NCBI RefSeq assembly: GCF_036321535.1
Contig: NC_087436.1
Span: 118,484,001 to 118,548,000 of the forward strand
Reading direction: 5' to 3'
DNA: 64,000 nucleotides
Origin: Camelus dromedarius
Lineage: Eukaryota
Part shown: one piece after another, positions 10,900 to 24,227 of the stretch
How the letters are laid out: each line of letters opens with the position of its first letter
Numbering within the stretch: the first letter of the stretch is position 1
Made by a program: the position numbers and the translations under genes
Notes under the pieces: generated by a model
Told to the model about the DNA's origin: nothing
The model's database searches: none
The model's input: only the letters and a program-made list of their open reading frames with translations

Positions 10900-12500
10900 T
10901 TGTTTACATGGCTGCTTGACTTCCCACTATGGAAGTGGGGAGTGATTTTGCTTTCTTTTCTCCCCTCCTTCATATTTATATCCCCCTCCCACTGTCCACC
11001 ACTGCAACCTCCACCTCCCTGTGTGGTTATAGGGTAATTTTGGTTAAATCAGTATTTGGTGTTTTCATTATTCCAATTTTGTAAACTTAATTCACTGGAA
11101 GTCAAGGATTAGCTGTAATTATGGTTACTTTCTTTTTTTTGCACAATATTTTGTTTTCTCTGAAATTAATAATTACCCAGTTTTTTCATTTCCTTAGATT
11201 CTATATACTTACCGTTCATTTCACAATAAACTCTTCCCTATTCGTCTACATCTCCTCTTAAGACATTAGGTATTTGATCAGTTTTATCTTTTAGAAAAAC
11301 TTCTCTTCCAAAAAGCTTCTGACCTCTCCCATCTCAGCTGGTTGCGTCTAGACCATTGCTGCACTCAGTGTGGACCAGACCTGCAGCATCAGCATCCCCT
11401 GGGAACTTGTTAGAAATACTAGTTCTTGGGCCCCACCCCAGACTCACCGATGAGAATCTCTGGAGGTGAGTCCAGCAAGCTGAGTTTAACAAGCTCTCCC
11501 GTGACCTTTCTGTTCCTGAATTTCGAGAAGCAGCCGCTGTAGGCTTTTGCTGCCACCACTGGGACTTCTCAGGGCCACTGGGTGGAAACTTCTGCACCTC
11601 TCTCCTGGGATGGACCCTCTTTCAGGATCCCCTCCACTGTCTTTCTTGGGTAATTTCCTTATTCAGCTGCAGCACATCCTCTAGTAGCTTTCTGAGAAAA
11701 AGATGAATAGAAGTTCTTTTGAGAATTTCTGTGTCTGAAAATATCTATGTTCTTCTGTCTTTATACTTAATTCTCCAGGTTGAAAATAATCTTTCTGCAG
11801 AATTTTGAACATTTTTCACTATCTTAGAGCTTCCATTGTTGATGTTAAGAAATTGGGTTGTGTTTTGATCCTTAATACTTTGCATGGAATCTTTTTTTTT
11901 TTCTTTTGCTCCTCTGTAGAATCTTAAAAGATTCTGGCTTTGCTCCCAGTATGTGAAGTGTACCAGGGTGGGTCTTGGTGGTAGTCGAATGCCGTCCATT
12001 GTACTGTGCATTCTGTTTTTGTTCTAGAAACTCATTTTCTTGATTCTTTGATGACTCTTTTCCTTTTAAATGTTCTGTTGCTTCTTTCAGGAACTCCTAT
12101 CAGTTTTTGGCTGAGTTGGGCCTCTGAAGTTTTCTTTCTGCTTGTTTTCCATCTCCTTACATTTTTACACTGTTTCCTGGGAGACTTTTCTCAACTTTAT
12201 ACTTGTAATGAGTTTTTCACATTTTTAATTTTCAAGAGTTCTTATTTGTCCTCAGAACATTCTATGTTTACACTATCCTGTTCTTATTTTGTGAATGTGG
12301 TATCTCTTCTTATCTCTCTGAGGACATTACTTTTGTTCGTTTTCAGTTTTCTTGGACACATTGGGGGTCCATGCAGTGTCTATTTTCTGCTTGCTTTTTC
12401 CTTTTGTTTGTTTTGGGGTTTGTCTTTCATATTGGAGTCTGTCCTCAAATGGCTGGTGACCCTTGACCTCCTGGTCCTTTTTAACTGGGGAGCAGAAACC
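10900..12500 (-). mobile_element. Old L1/HAL1-like fragments interrupted by MER5A
   Basis: T-rich decayed LINE-like sequence (TTCTTTCAGGAACTCCTAT, GAAAATATCT); boundaries approximate. Confidence 0.5.
11350..11530. mobile_element. MER5A-like hAT DNA transposon relic
   Basis: GCAGCATCAGCATCCCCTGGGAACTTGTTAGAAAT...GGGCCCCACCCCAGAC. Confidence 0.8.
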
Positions 12501-13267
12501 TGATTCTCCCCCACAAGGTGAATGAGGTTTTTCTCCTGGAGTCTTTACTGTAGGGTGATGTGACTGAGTTCTTCCCTGCAGACGCCTTGGACTGGTCAGC
12601 TACAACCACCAAACAAACAACCCTTAAATCTCTGGCTTCATCATCTAACCCTGTCTACCTCACCCCAGACGGCTCCAGCCACATGGACTTCCCTGGACGT
12701 GCCAAGCATGCCCCTGCCTCAGGGCCTTTGCACCTGCTGTGCCCTTGCCCTGGAATGCTTGTTCCTGAGATACCTGAATGGCTTACTTGCTTTCTCACTT
12801 CCTTCAAGTTTTTTTTTTTTCAAATGCCGCCTTGTCCAAGAGGCCCTCCCCTCGCATCACTCTCCATTCCCCCATCTTCTGTTAGTTTTCCCTATAGTAC
12901 CAGCACTTACCGCCTCTGACATACTATATATTTATTTCTTTGTTTGCTTATGCCTGTCTTCTGTCTCTAGAATGTAAAATCCCTGAAGGCAGGGGCTTTA
13001 CTCATTTTGTTCATTACTCTATTCCCAGCAATAGAATAACGCTTGGCACTGAATAGATGCTGTGTGGCAGTTGCTGCTTAACAGAGTGACAAACTGGTGA
13101 TATTTCTTCATACCCAGAAGCAGCCAGTGGCCAAGGAGAGGTTTGAGAAGTGTCTCTGGCATAATAGGATTTTAAATACAGTTGATAATTCTGCAAGTGA
13201 TTTTACAGAACAGATACGGAAGCATTGCTCCTGTGGGAGACGCAGGGTGGGGCTTCTATAAGATTAT

Positions 13268-13801
13268 GGTCATAACCTTTTCGTTAATCCATCAATACGT
13301 AACCTTGTTTTATATGTATTTCTGTTGAAAGACACCTTATTTAACGTATTGTTGATTCATTAACCTTGAACTCATGCCAGCAGCACTGTAACACACGCCC
13401 AAACAGAGCCAGTTAACACATGCATTTTCTCCATAAAGCACATTGCAGCCTTCTTGTGCTTAGAAACACTAGACAGCACTTCAGCACACTTCAGGGGTCA
13501 TTTTAAACAACAAAATCATCCACAAAAAGCACAGAGATGTGAAAAAGGAATGGCACTAAATCGAACTTGGAAAGGACGCTTGCTTGCAGGATGGGCTGAA
13601 AACAAGAAGGCAGAACCAGAGCATTGCCTTGTTCAAACTCAGCTGGAAATCGCATGTTGGGCAACTCAAAGTTTTGACAGTTCTGCTCATGTCCAGGAAT
13701 GACCACAGCAGCTCACAAGTGCTGATTTGGGGGTGGCCAAAAGTTATAGCAGGTAGGCAAACTTGCCAATACAGAGTCCACAAATAATGAGGATCGACTA
13801 T
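13268..13801 (-). mobile_element. Tigger-family DNA transposon relic (MER82-like)
   Basis: Terminal AATAATGAGGATCGACTA and internal CACTAGACAGCACTTCAGCAC. Confidence 0.7.
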
Positions 13802-14291
13802 AGTTCACCCTAGAGGCCATCCTATAGTTTAAGGTTACCTAAAGTATTTTCTTAAAAATCATGCAATGCCATTATTGGAAATAACAAGAGTATTAATATG
13901 TTTGGGTCATTCTCCATGTTGAGCTGTTACCCTGTCCCCGCCCCAGAAGGCGCTCACAGGCTTCCAGGGGTGGCGGGGGTGGGGGGTAGATTCGGGCACC
14001 AACTCAGAAGAACAATGGAATGAGCTTCGTTCCAAGTATTGCCCCCAGGCCCTGAGGACACACTGAGATGGGGCTTTGGGGGGTTTCTCAGGAAGGGGAC
14101 ACCTGGACAGTCTTGAAGGATGTAGCTGACCACAGGTGGGCATGGGAGCACTGCACAGAGAGGTCCAGGCACTGGCCTGGAGATGAGCAGACATGACTGC
14201 TGGGGGTGGGGGCTGATGGCTAAAGTTGCAATGACCCCATGGTTGACCGATTCAATGTGCTCTCCCATCCTGCCCCGCCTTTGGATTTTAG

Positions 14292-14417
14292 AAAGACGAC
14301 ACTCAGAGCCTACTCAAGAATTTGGAGTCTAACGTACAGACCCCGTCGGAAACTGGCTCCCCATCCCAGAGGAGGAAGAGAGAAGTGCCAACGTCCAAGG
14401 ACGAGGAGGCTCTGGAT
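14292..14417 (+). CDS. EVC: EVC exon 2
   Basis: tttag|[45 protein letters not shown]; |gtaagc. Confidence 0.96.
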
Positions 14418-16164
14418 GTAAGCTGGGTGTCGGGGGTGTTGGAGGAGGTTCCTATTGGGTGTCCCTGTGTCCTACCTGCATGGCGTCCAGACAACCCACT
14501 GGCATCTCATGTCCCAACAGGCTTCTTTTGGGGGTGTAATTTACATGTAATAAAATGCACGGATTTGAAGTGGACAGTTTGATGAATGAGAAATGTTTCC
14601 ACCTTTGTAACCAAGACCCCAATCAGGAATGTTCCTAACTCTGGAAAGTTCTCTAGCGCCCCTTCCACAGGCAGCCGCTGTTGTGATTTCCATCTCCAAG
14701 ACTGGTTTTGCTCTTCTCAAAGCTTCTGTAAATGCCAGCATATGCTTCCTTGTGCCTGCTTGTCCGTGTCCTTGTTTCACTCATCAGTGATTCTTTGACT
14801 CGCTCCATCCACTGTGGGAATGTGCACACAGTGTGGGGTTTCTGGGAACGTTTGTGTATAAGTTTGTTTCATTCTTTGTTTTATTTCTTTTAAGTTAAAA
14901 TCTAGAATGGGACTTCTGGGCCTCTGAAGGCGATATTAAAAGGTAGCTGGCCCCTGTACCTTCCTTATGGTCCCCTCTGCTCTCTGTCCAGCCTGAGCCG
15001 GTTCCTAGGGCGTCACCTCCTGTGTGAGCTCCATGGGTGAGGAGGGGTTTCCTCCAGAGATGTGTTATTCCCGGTCACTTCCTGGCCCCTGAAAGTACCA
15101 CAGACAACCGTCAGTCTGCCTCAATTGTCCAAAGGTGAATACAGGTATCTAGGTAGGTAGGTAGAGAGAAAGAGGGAGAGAGATGCTGGGAAAAGGGGAA
15201 AGATTGAGCTAAGTTTCTTGTTTAGCACCTGCTGAATTCCAGGCATTTTCACGTGTGTCATTTTTAAGTGATGTGAACACGCACGTGAGTTGTTTTCATG
15301 CAGTCCTCTCAGCACCCCATGGCCTGGCTTATACACCCATTGTCCAGATGAGGAAGCCAAGACTCAGGGAGCTCGGTCACTGTCCCGAGTCCCGTGGCTG
15401 AGATTTGGACCTGGGTCCAGTCAGCCCCTGCCCGGGAGGGCAGCCCTCCCCACCGCCTACCGCCTCTGACATTTCAGTCCTGGTCTGCAGCCTCTGCTTA
15501 CCACGGGCGGAAAGTGGGCTGGGTGTTTTAAAACGAATTTCACAAGGAAGTTTGAAATCAGTAAGGGAAGCTTCTAGCGATCTGAAAAATCATTTTCGAC
15601 AGTCATCTGCTGCTGCTGCTTCACAAGGATTCTGGAGACAGGGCTTCCCTTGCCCACACTGGGCAGTCCCCGTGGAGGGACTGGCCGCCCTCCCCGGGGC
15701 CGACGTGGGGAGCTGGCAAGGAAGCGAGAGTGCCCGGCAGTCCAGAGTGGTGGCTTCCCGGAGATGAGTCGGCACTTCGTCTGTGCTCTGTGTCTCTGGC
15801 CCTTACTCTTGGACTCTCTGTTTCTAGGTGCTTGTCTCTCCCGTGTGTCCACGTCTGTGTGGGTGTATCAGTGCATCTCTCTGTGAGCCTATCTTTTTTG
15901 GTGTCTCTCTCCGCATGCATCTCTGTGGGCCTGTGTATACCTGTCTGACAGTGACAGTTTTGAGGGTTTTTTTTCCCATGAGAAATCAGTTTATTAGAGG
16001 GGAGACTGGGGAAACCGCTCTCCTTTATGAAAGGAAACTGAGGGCAGCTCCTGGAGGCCCAGGAGGGGAGTCCGGGGCAGCGTCGCTCCAGCCCGAATCG
16101 GGCATTCGTTCCTCTGTTACTCAGACTTGGCCTCAAGCTTTCTGTTCCCATCATGACATCTTAT

Positions 16165-16655
16165 TAAAACCCTGCTCACAGAAATGAAAACATATGTCCA
16201 CATAAAAATGTGTACACAGATGTTCACGACAGCCCATTTCACAATAGCCAAAACGCAGAGACTCAAATGTCCACCAGCTGATGGAATAAACAGAATGGTC
16301 TGTCCATACCGTGGAATACTATTCAGCCATAAAAACAGCATGAATGAACCTTGAAAATTGTACACTCACTGGAAGAACCTGTCTCAAAAGACCACATGTT
16401 ACAGGATCTATTCATCAGAAATGTCCAGAACAGGTACACTTTCAGAGACAGGAAGTGGATTGGTGGTTGCTCAGGCTGGGGATGGGAACAGGGGGACTAG
16501 GGGTGATAGCTAAAGGTTTTGGGGTTTCTTATTGAGATGATAAAAATATTCTAAAGTCAACATATCTGTGAATATACTAAAAATTATTAAATGGTACAAT
16601 TTACATGGTTCAATTGCATGCTCCGTGAATTCCATCTCAATAAAGCTATTCTTAA
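16165..16655 (+). mobile_element. L1M 3' end fragment
   Basis: GAAATGAAAACATATGTCCACATAAAAA...GGAATACTATTCAGCCATAAAAA...CATCTCAATAAAGCT. Confidence 0.8.
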
Positions 16656-19600
16656 AAGCCCTGCTCCGACAGCTGGTAGCCTCAGAGAGGATGGAAACAA
16701 CACTGTTTTCGGATCCAGAATCCTGGAACCCAGGGCCAGCTCTGTCTGTTTGCTGTGTGATGGTGGGCAAGAAACACAGCCTCTCTGAGCCTCAGGGTTC
16801 TCAGCTTGATGATGACAGTAATGATTGCCACTCCCTGGGATCACCCATGAATCAACTCTGCGAACATTTATACCATAGGGTGAGTGCTCAGGGCCCTTGT
16901 TTGTGGGAGAGACAAGTCTCTCTGCCTCCCCGGAAGGCTAACCCATTTCTTCTGCATGCTTTACCTGTTAACTATTTAGCTGTGCCTCACCCATGCCCAT
17001 TATCAAGCTAATAATTGCCAAGAGTTAAGTTACAGATCTGCCCGTTCCGGTGACTGGCTCGCCAAAACGCCCCTGCCTTCTGCAGTGCGAGCTTGTCAAA
17101 GAATGTGGGCAGGGTCGATCTCGACAGGCTGAGTTGTACTGTAACCCCGATGTCCTCGGATGCACAGAAAACCAAGGCATTTGGGGTTCATGCCGCTCCT
17201 TGCATGAACTCTGTTGATAAACAGCTCACGTCGGCCAAAACCAAACAGCAGATTCCAGAAGGCTCTGAGGCATGCTACTCCACAGCCTCCTCCCATCCCT
17301 TGGCTTTGGAGGGGGCGGGCATAGCTCCCCTAAGGGTGTGTGTGTGCATTGGCTAAAAAGAGCACCTTTTGTCCGTGGGTGAGACGGCTTTTCTCTTCCT
17401 CCAATTATATTTTAACTAATTTTTCTGAGTGATGGCATTGCTTCAGCTGAGGAAGCTTTACATTGTAAATGTGCACTGCAGCCAATTTGCTGAATAATTG
17501 TTATTACTATGGTTGGATGATCAGAACGTGGAGGACACCGAATTTAGTTAGAAGAGCTGTGAAAACTACAAAGAGGCCAGGCTCCCGACCCTCAGTGTCT
17601 GCTTCCTTACGGCTCAGGGGGGCCTGCGTCAGTGTCCTTTTCTTCATGTATTTCGTTTGTCACCTGAAGAGCGATGTTGGTTTGGTGTCTTCCCTTTTGA
17701 AGATGAACTCTCCAACTTTTGAAGATGAAGGCAGAGACCAAGCCTTCCTCTCACTTTCTACCCCTTTCATTCTGTCCTTTCTTTTCACCTCTGTTTGGAA
17801 GAAGTTTAGAAATGCACAATGTCCTCCCTGCTTTTGCGTCTTTCCTTGAAAAAGTATGTCTTCACTGGACACCAGCCGGGGCTGGCTTCATCGGGGTGTC
17901 TCCCTTGCCCGGTAACCCTTTCCCCCTAGTTTCTTGACCTTGATGTCTTGAAGTTCTGAATCACTTTTGCGTAAGACCTCCCCGACCGCTTTCATGTTGC
18001 ACTGGGCCCCAAAGAGGACATCACCAGTTCTGAAGTCACCCTTTTTAATCTCACAGCCACGCTGCGTTTTTATAACTGTCCTCTGGCAAAGACTCAAGCC
18101 GGGGGCCGGGCGCAGGCGGTGGTCTGCCAGGAGGGCTTTGAAGCCAGGATGCGATGGGAATTGTATGTTGAAAAGGTGATTTGACTGCCACCTGGAGAAT
18201 GGATTGGAAGGTGTCCATCTCTGAGCCTCGCTTTGTCTTTCTATCAAATGGGCACGATCATAAAAGCGTGAACTTCCCCAAGCGGACTGCTGTGGGATCA
18301 TTTAATGAACAACCGTGCGTAAAGCGCTTAACACATAGTAGGCCCTCGAGACATGGAAGGGGAGCCAGTTAGGAGGCTGTTGCAGGTCTTTAGGGTAAAT
18401 ATGATGGCGGCTTGGGCCAGGGCTGTGAATTTGAGAGATATTTAGGAGGTGAAGTTGGTGGGATTTGTGGTTGATGGGACGTGGCAGGTGGGGAGTGGGA
18501 GTGGCAGAGCATCTCGGGGTCTGACTTGTGTCCCTGGGGCATGGTGGAGCCGAGCCCGGGCCTTCTCCACTGACTCCCACTCCCCTTTTAATCGCGTGGC
18601 TCTTATTCTTGTTCTTATTTGTGTCGTGTTGAAGGAGACAGAATGGTGTCAGCTAAACAGGAGGAACTCCGGAGCCGGGGAATCTGAGTTCAAATCTTGA
18701 TTCTGGCATTTAGTAGCTGTGTGACCTTGGGCGCATGGCTGAACCTCTCTGTGTCATCTTCCCCAGCTGGGAATGGCAAGGTCCTTGGAAATTTAAGGAG
18801 GTAGCGTAAGTTGGTGGTCTTCCCGCATTCTAAGTCGTAAGACAGAGAGAGAAATGGCAGAACTGGGTCCCTGGCCAGATGGCTTCCGCCCGCCCTCCTC
18901 AGAGGGATCACAGCGAAACCCCCTCAGGAGAGGGAGGTGGGCCACGTTGCAGGCTCAGGTGCTGTTTGAACACCGCATCTCGTGGGGGAGTGACACATTC
19001 TCCCGCATCCCCCCAACAGGCTGTGTGAGTCCAAGGTCTGCTCAGCAGTCAGAAACCGGGCCTTTGTGACAGCGGTTTCTTTAGGATTTCACTGGGAGCA
19101 GCAGACCTGACGTAGGTGTGGTTTTCACCTGGCAGTCTGTTCTGAGTCGCTGAGCAGTGATTCCTCACTGTCTAGGGTGCCAGGCTCCTGACCCGTCTGC
19201 CTGCTCACCTGCATCCACTTCCTGGTTGTTTGTACCAACCGTGTGAAGGGCAGGGGCAGCCCTAAGGATGCAGAGAGGTGGGGATGTGGACCATCCGTCC
19301 CGCTGTGGCCAGGGGAGGTGGTGCCTGAGCACGGTTTGGGGTGGCTCTTTCCTCCCGCGACTTAGAGCCGTCCATTGCCTTGCTTCTCCTCTGCTCTGGC
19401 ACCTCTGCGGGGGCTTTATCTGCGCCATCTTTGAGGGCGGGTACACTGCCTGCTTACTCTCTGGGAAACTGAGGCTCAGAAAAGTGAAACGATCTGCCCA
19501 ACCACTTCTTTTCATTGAAGGGTGTAATAGAAAGTCTTGCATGAATATTGCCACATGGATGTGTTTGTACACCTGGGAGTGCTAAAATTATTCTGTGTTT

Positions 19601-19724
19601 TCTTATTCCACCAGAAGGCAGTTCACAATTTTAGGAAATTTTTTGGTATTATATTATTTAAATCCTTAGTTCTCCCAAAGTGGAAGACTTGGAATTAAGT
19701 GGAGAATGTGCTATTTAACATCTG

Positions 19725-20060
19725 TTCATTCATCCATCCACCCATCTGTATATCCCTCCCTCCTGCATCCATTCATATACCTGTCTGTCCACCTATCCAT
19801 CCACCTGCCTGTCTATCTGTCCATTCATATGTCTTATCAGTCCATCCATTCATGCATTTTTTTCTGTCCATCCATCCATCCACCTGCCCATCCATTCATA
19901 TGTCCACCTATCCATCCATTCATCCATTCACCTGTTTTTCCATTTCTCTATCCATCTATCCATCCATCCATCCATCCATCCGTCCACTCACCCACCCACC
20001 CATCCATCTATCCATCCACCCGAGTTTCCATCCACCCGAGTTTCCATCCACCCATCCTTC
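19725..20060. repeat. Degenerate (CCAT)n simple repeat upstream of exon 3
   Basis: Direct reading. Confidence 0.9.
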
Positions 20061-20217
20061 TAGCAAGTGAGCACTTACTTGGATCTAAATATGCCTATTA
20101 CGGTCCCTTCCCAAAGCCACTGTTGCAAGTGGCATGTAGCATTTTGGAAACTCTTGGTGGTTTGTCCTTCATTTTACAGAAAGCTCCCCCATGCCATTTG
20201 TTCTTCTTCCTTCCCAG

Positions 20218-20301
20218 GAATGTGACCCGTCTTTCAACAGCAATATCACAGCGTTTGCACTGAAGGCAAAAGTCGTCTATCCCATCAATCAGAAGTTCCG
20301 G
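20218..20301 (+). CDS. EVC: EVC exon 3
   Basis: cccag|[31 protein letters not shown]; |gtgaga. Confidence 0.96.
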
Positions 20302-20584
20302 GTGAGACTCCTGAGCTCTGTCTTGAGATCCAGTTATCCAGTAATGTGCTTGAGGTCGGGGTAGGAGAAGAGGGTTTCAGTGTGTAAATCTGGGGTTCTA
20401 TTTGAGGACTTTATGGCAAGTCATTTTAATAGGATCATTTTGTGGCTTTGTAATGGAGCAGAACTTTAAGGTTAATCCATTTGATGACAGTGTTGTCAGG
20501 GACAGGGTATGCCCATGGTATAGCCAGGTATCCCCAGGGACACCAGTTGACAGCACAGTAGGGCAACATCTGCCCTGCTCTTTT

Positions 20585-20688
20585 TTTTTTAAGTATAGTT
20601 GATTTACAATGCGGTGTTTCTGGTGCACAGCATAGTGACCCAATTATTATATATAGATTCATATATTTATATATGTATGTACGTTTTA
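20585..20688 (-). mobile_element. Very short 5'-truncated L1 tail with 14-bp TSD
   Basis: Poly-T then AAGTATAGTTGATTTACAATG; TGCCCTGCTCTTTT at 20571-20584 and 20689-20702. Confidence 0.8.
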
Positions 20689-22502
20689 TGCCCTGCTCTT
20701 TTAACGCTATTACAAATACTGATGCTGACACAAGTTCCCAACATTAACCCTCATTCACCGGCCGGGACTATGCCAGCAGCTGACACTGAACACTTCGCGG
20801 GGCTGGGGCGGTGCTGAGCGCTCGTCTCGCACTGGCATTTCGATATTCCTCGCCACAACCCTCTGTGGTAAACGATATTGTTATCTCCACTTAATGCATA
20901 AGGCCACTGAGGCCCAGAGAAGCTAATGACCTGCCCAAGGTGACACAGCTGGAAGGGGCAGGGCAGAGTCAAGCCCTCAGGTCTTACACCTGAAGCCAGG
21001 AGTGCACACCTGCGGCCGGGAGTTTTGCAGAGAGCGGTGTGTTCCTTGATGCTCAGGGAACCCGCAACCTATGAGATGCTCCAGGAAAGAAAGTTTCCTG
21101 GTCAAGTAAGCTGAGGAAGGTGCTGCCTGCTCTCCTGGCCGTGAAGAGGACAGGCTCTTGTGTCACAGACTCAGACCCAACTCCCATCTCAGCCTTTAAC
21201 CCTTGACCATTCCTTGACTTCTCAGGGCCTCAGTTTCTTCATCTATAAAATGGGGGTAAAGGGCCCTATTGCCTCACTGAGCTATTTGGAGGGTTATATG
21301 GGGTGATAGACAGGGGGCTTAGAACAGTGTGTGATGTCTCAGCACTCAATGCCTGTTCAGGTTTTGAAATTCTTACTTGCTTTTGAGGACAGCCAGACCA
21401 TATCAAAGGCTCTGAGAATTCCTGCCCCAGAGAGATGATTCTACCTTGTTACGGAGACTTTCCCAAACTAATTTTTCTGTGGAACCCTTGCAGCGAGCAG
21501 TCACTGGTGACAGTTCATGGAACTGCTCCCCAGAACACACGCTGGGAACCACTTCCTTCACTATCGGGTGGGTGGGTGAAGGGGTAGAGCTCCCAGACCA
21601 GGGGATTACTCACCGTCAGCACCCCTGCCGGGCAGGCTCTGCAGTGAACACTGAGGATTAGCCAGTGGTCAGGAAAGCACTGTCCTCACGCCGGAGGCCC
21701 TCACAGCTGGGGCAGATTGCAGGATGGCCCATGATAACAGGCAGGACAGAAGTGACCGGGGACCTGTGGAGCACAGTGTGGGCTGGGCCTGGGTACCAGG
21801 GAAGGAGAACTCAAGGGTCTGTGTCTGGAGGGAAGGATGCTTCAGCCCCGCGGATGAGGAGTGAGGGGGGTTCTGGCGGGGGACCAGAGTCTGGGAAAGC
21901 GCAGAAGCATGGAAGGATGGTGAGAGTTTGGAGCTGACCACCAGCTCAGTACCACCTGGGCATGCGCCTCGGGGAGCCACAGGGGATGAGACTGGACACA
22001 GGGGCGACAGACATTCGCTGAGCCCTCCAGCTGTGATGTCATGTGGTCCTGGCGGTGCGTGGGGCTTCAGTTCCTTAATAAAGGCCCCGATCCTCTGGAG
22101 GGCAGGTTAGTGGGCAGAGCAGGCCCGGGGGTCTGAGAACACAGAGAGAGAGGGGGCAGGGCAGGCAGGCTGCTGTGGAGGAGGTCAGAGCCCGCAGCAG
22201 TGTGGGTGCAGGGGGCCACTGGGGAAGACACGGAGGCTAGTTGCTGCGGGGGGAGGAGCCTGGTGCCGAGGGGCTGGCCTCCGGGACAACTGATGTGCCA
22301 GGAGCTGTGGTACAGGTCCCTGGGGCACAAGTGTGTGGGTGTGGCCGTGACCCTGGGACAGAAGCTCTAAGGTGTCCACTCGCAGGCCTCCCCAGTCTGG
22401 TCTGCCTGGGAGCCACCATCACGTGTCACTGGTGGAATTGTGGAAACACACGCATGACAGGTCACGTGGACTGAGAACGGGCTTTCTCTTCTGCCACCCC
22501 AG

Positions 22503-22735
22503 CCTCTGGCCGACGGTTCCTCCAACCCATCTCTGCACGAAAACTTAAAGCAGGCAGTCTTGCCGAACCAGCCGGTGGAGGCGTCCCCTTCCAGCAGCCT
22601 GGGGAGCCTGAGCCAGGCTGAGAAGGACGACTGCAGCTCCTCGTCCAGCATCCACTCAGCCACCAGCGACGACAGGTTCCTCGGCCGCACCTTCCTCCAG
22701 GCGAGCAGCTTCCCCGAGGCGCTGACCTGTGAGAG
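22503..22735 (+). CDS. EVC: EVC exon 4
   Basis: cccag|[68 protein letters not shown]...LTCE; AG|gtgagg. Confidence 0.96.
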
Positions 22736-24142
22736 GTGAGGTGGGGGTGGGATGGAGACCGCTCGGCTGTGTCATTGTCAACAAAGGACATGGAGGCCCA
22801 GAGAGGTTAAGGACTCAGCCACGGACACCCAGAGACCCAGTGTCAGAGCTGACGCTGATCGTGTGGTGTTGCCAGCCTCGGGGCTAGGGAGCCAGGCCTG
22901 AGCCTTGGGGAGAGAAGTCATGGGGCCTCCTTTATCACTGATGTGCCCCGGGCATCACACAGCAGCCGCTAGCTCTGGTTAAGTGCCTTTGGTGTTCAGG
23001 GCAGTGTTGAGCACTTTACAGGGATTCATTATCTCATGAACACGAGGACCAGGTCTGTCTTGGTCACCACTGTTTTACTGCCCAGTGGGAGCCTGGGACA
23101 GGCGCAGTGATGAATAAGTCTTAATCAGTCAGTGAATTCATTTCTCTTAACAGCCCTAGGTTGTTAAGGTTGTAAAGTAGAGGCTAATATTGCCCTCATG
23201 TTACAAAGAAAATAACAAGACACAGAGATGCTGAGTGACTTGCCCGAGGTCACACAGCATGTGCGTGATGGAGCTGGGTTTGACATGCCACCTGATCTTG
23301 CAGCCCATGCTGTCTATCCCCACACTATCTAGGCCAGAGCAGGGCTCAGCATGCAGTAAGTGCTCAAGAAACTACCCATCAGGTGTGTGTGTTGGTCCTC
23401 AGGCCTCTCGGCTGTGAACCTGCGTGAGTCCAAGGGGTCCTGGGTAAGATGAACCGGGCACAGCCCAGCTCAGGGCTGGGGAAAGAGTGAGCTCAGAACC
23501 CTGCGCATGGTACTGGCCCTGCAGGTGGCCCCCGGAAGGAGGGGCTTCATTGAACTGCAGCCTTCTTGGCTCGCCCGCCTGGCTGGGAAGGGATGTTTCT
23601 GAGCATTCGGATGGAGAGGACTTGTAACAGTTCAGTGGGAGTGTAGTCATTTAAGTGCATTTGCCTCTGTAGGAGAAAAGGTCATAGGCGTTTATTTATA
23701 CCCTGCTGTTTACCTGCCTCAGTGACCGTGTGACCGCTACTTGATTTCTCTCACCCTTGATTTCCTGAGTCAGTTTTCTCATCTGTAAAATGGGCATGAG
23801 AATGTGTATATGAGGGCAGAGAGGAAGGGTGACACGTGACATTAGATGTGAAAATGCCAGAGGCAGGGGGAGGTTGTTATTTTTCTTTCTCTCACCTTCT
23901 ATCTCTTCCTGTGTTCTGTCTGTGATGTCTCAGGCAGCTGTTCCTTCTGATCACAAATGGGTTTCAAATAGCTCCCTTGATTCCTCCTTTTGTGCCTTGA
24001 GTGGCTGTTTGCAATCTCTGCAGGCTGCAGAATTTAAAATCTGGAGTCTTGTCCTGAGCAGGGCTGTACTTATAACTCAGTAACCTCACCCCTCACTTCA
24101 AACACTCTGAAAGTCTCTTCTGTTTCTCTTTGAACTTCTCAG

Positions 24143-24227
24143 TGTGGACCTTGACTTGTGCATCTACAACCTTCACTTGAAAGATCTACTGCATCTGGAC
24201 GCAGCGCTGAGGCAGGAGAAGCACCTG
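24143..24227 (+). CDS. EVC: EVC exon 5
   Basis: ctcag|[29 protein letters not shown]; |gtaggt. Confidence 0.96.

Noticed and set aside
20170..20217. Upstream alternative acceptor TTTTACAG before exon 3
   Set aside because: Would add 38 nt and shift the frame; the 20218 site gives the expected peptide.
19699..20263. HPSI-repeat ORFs
   Set aside because: Translation of the (CCAT)n repeat.
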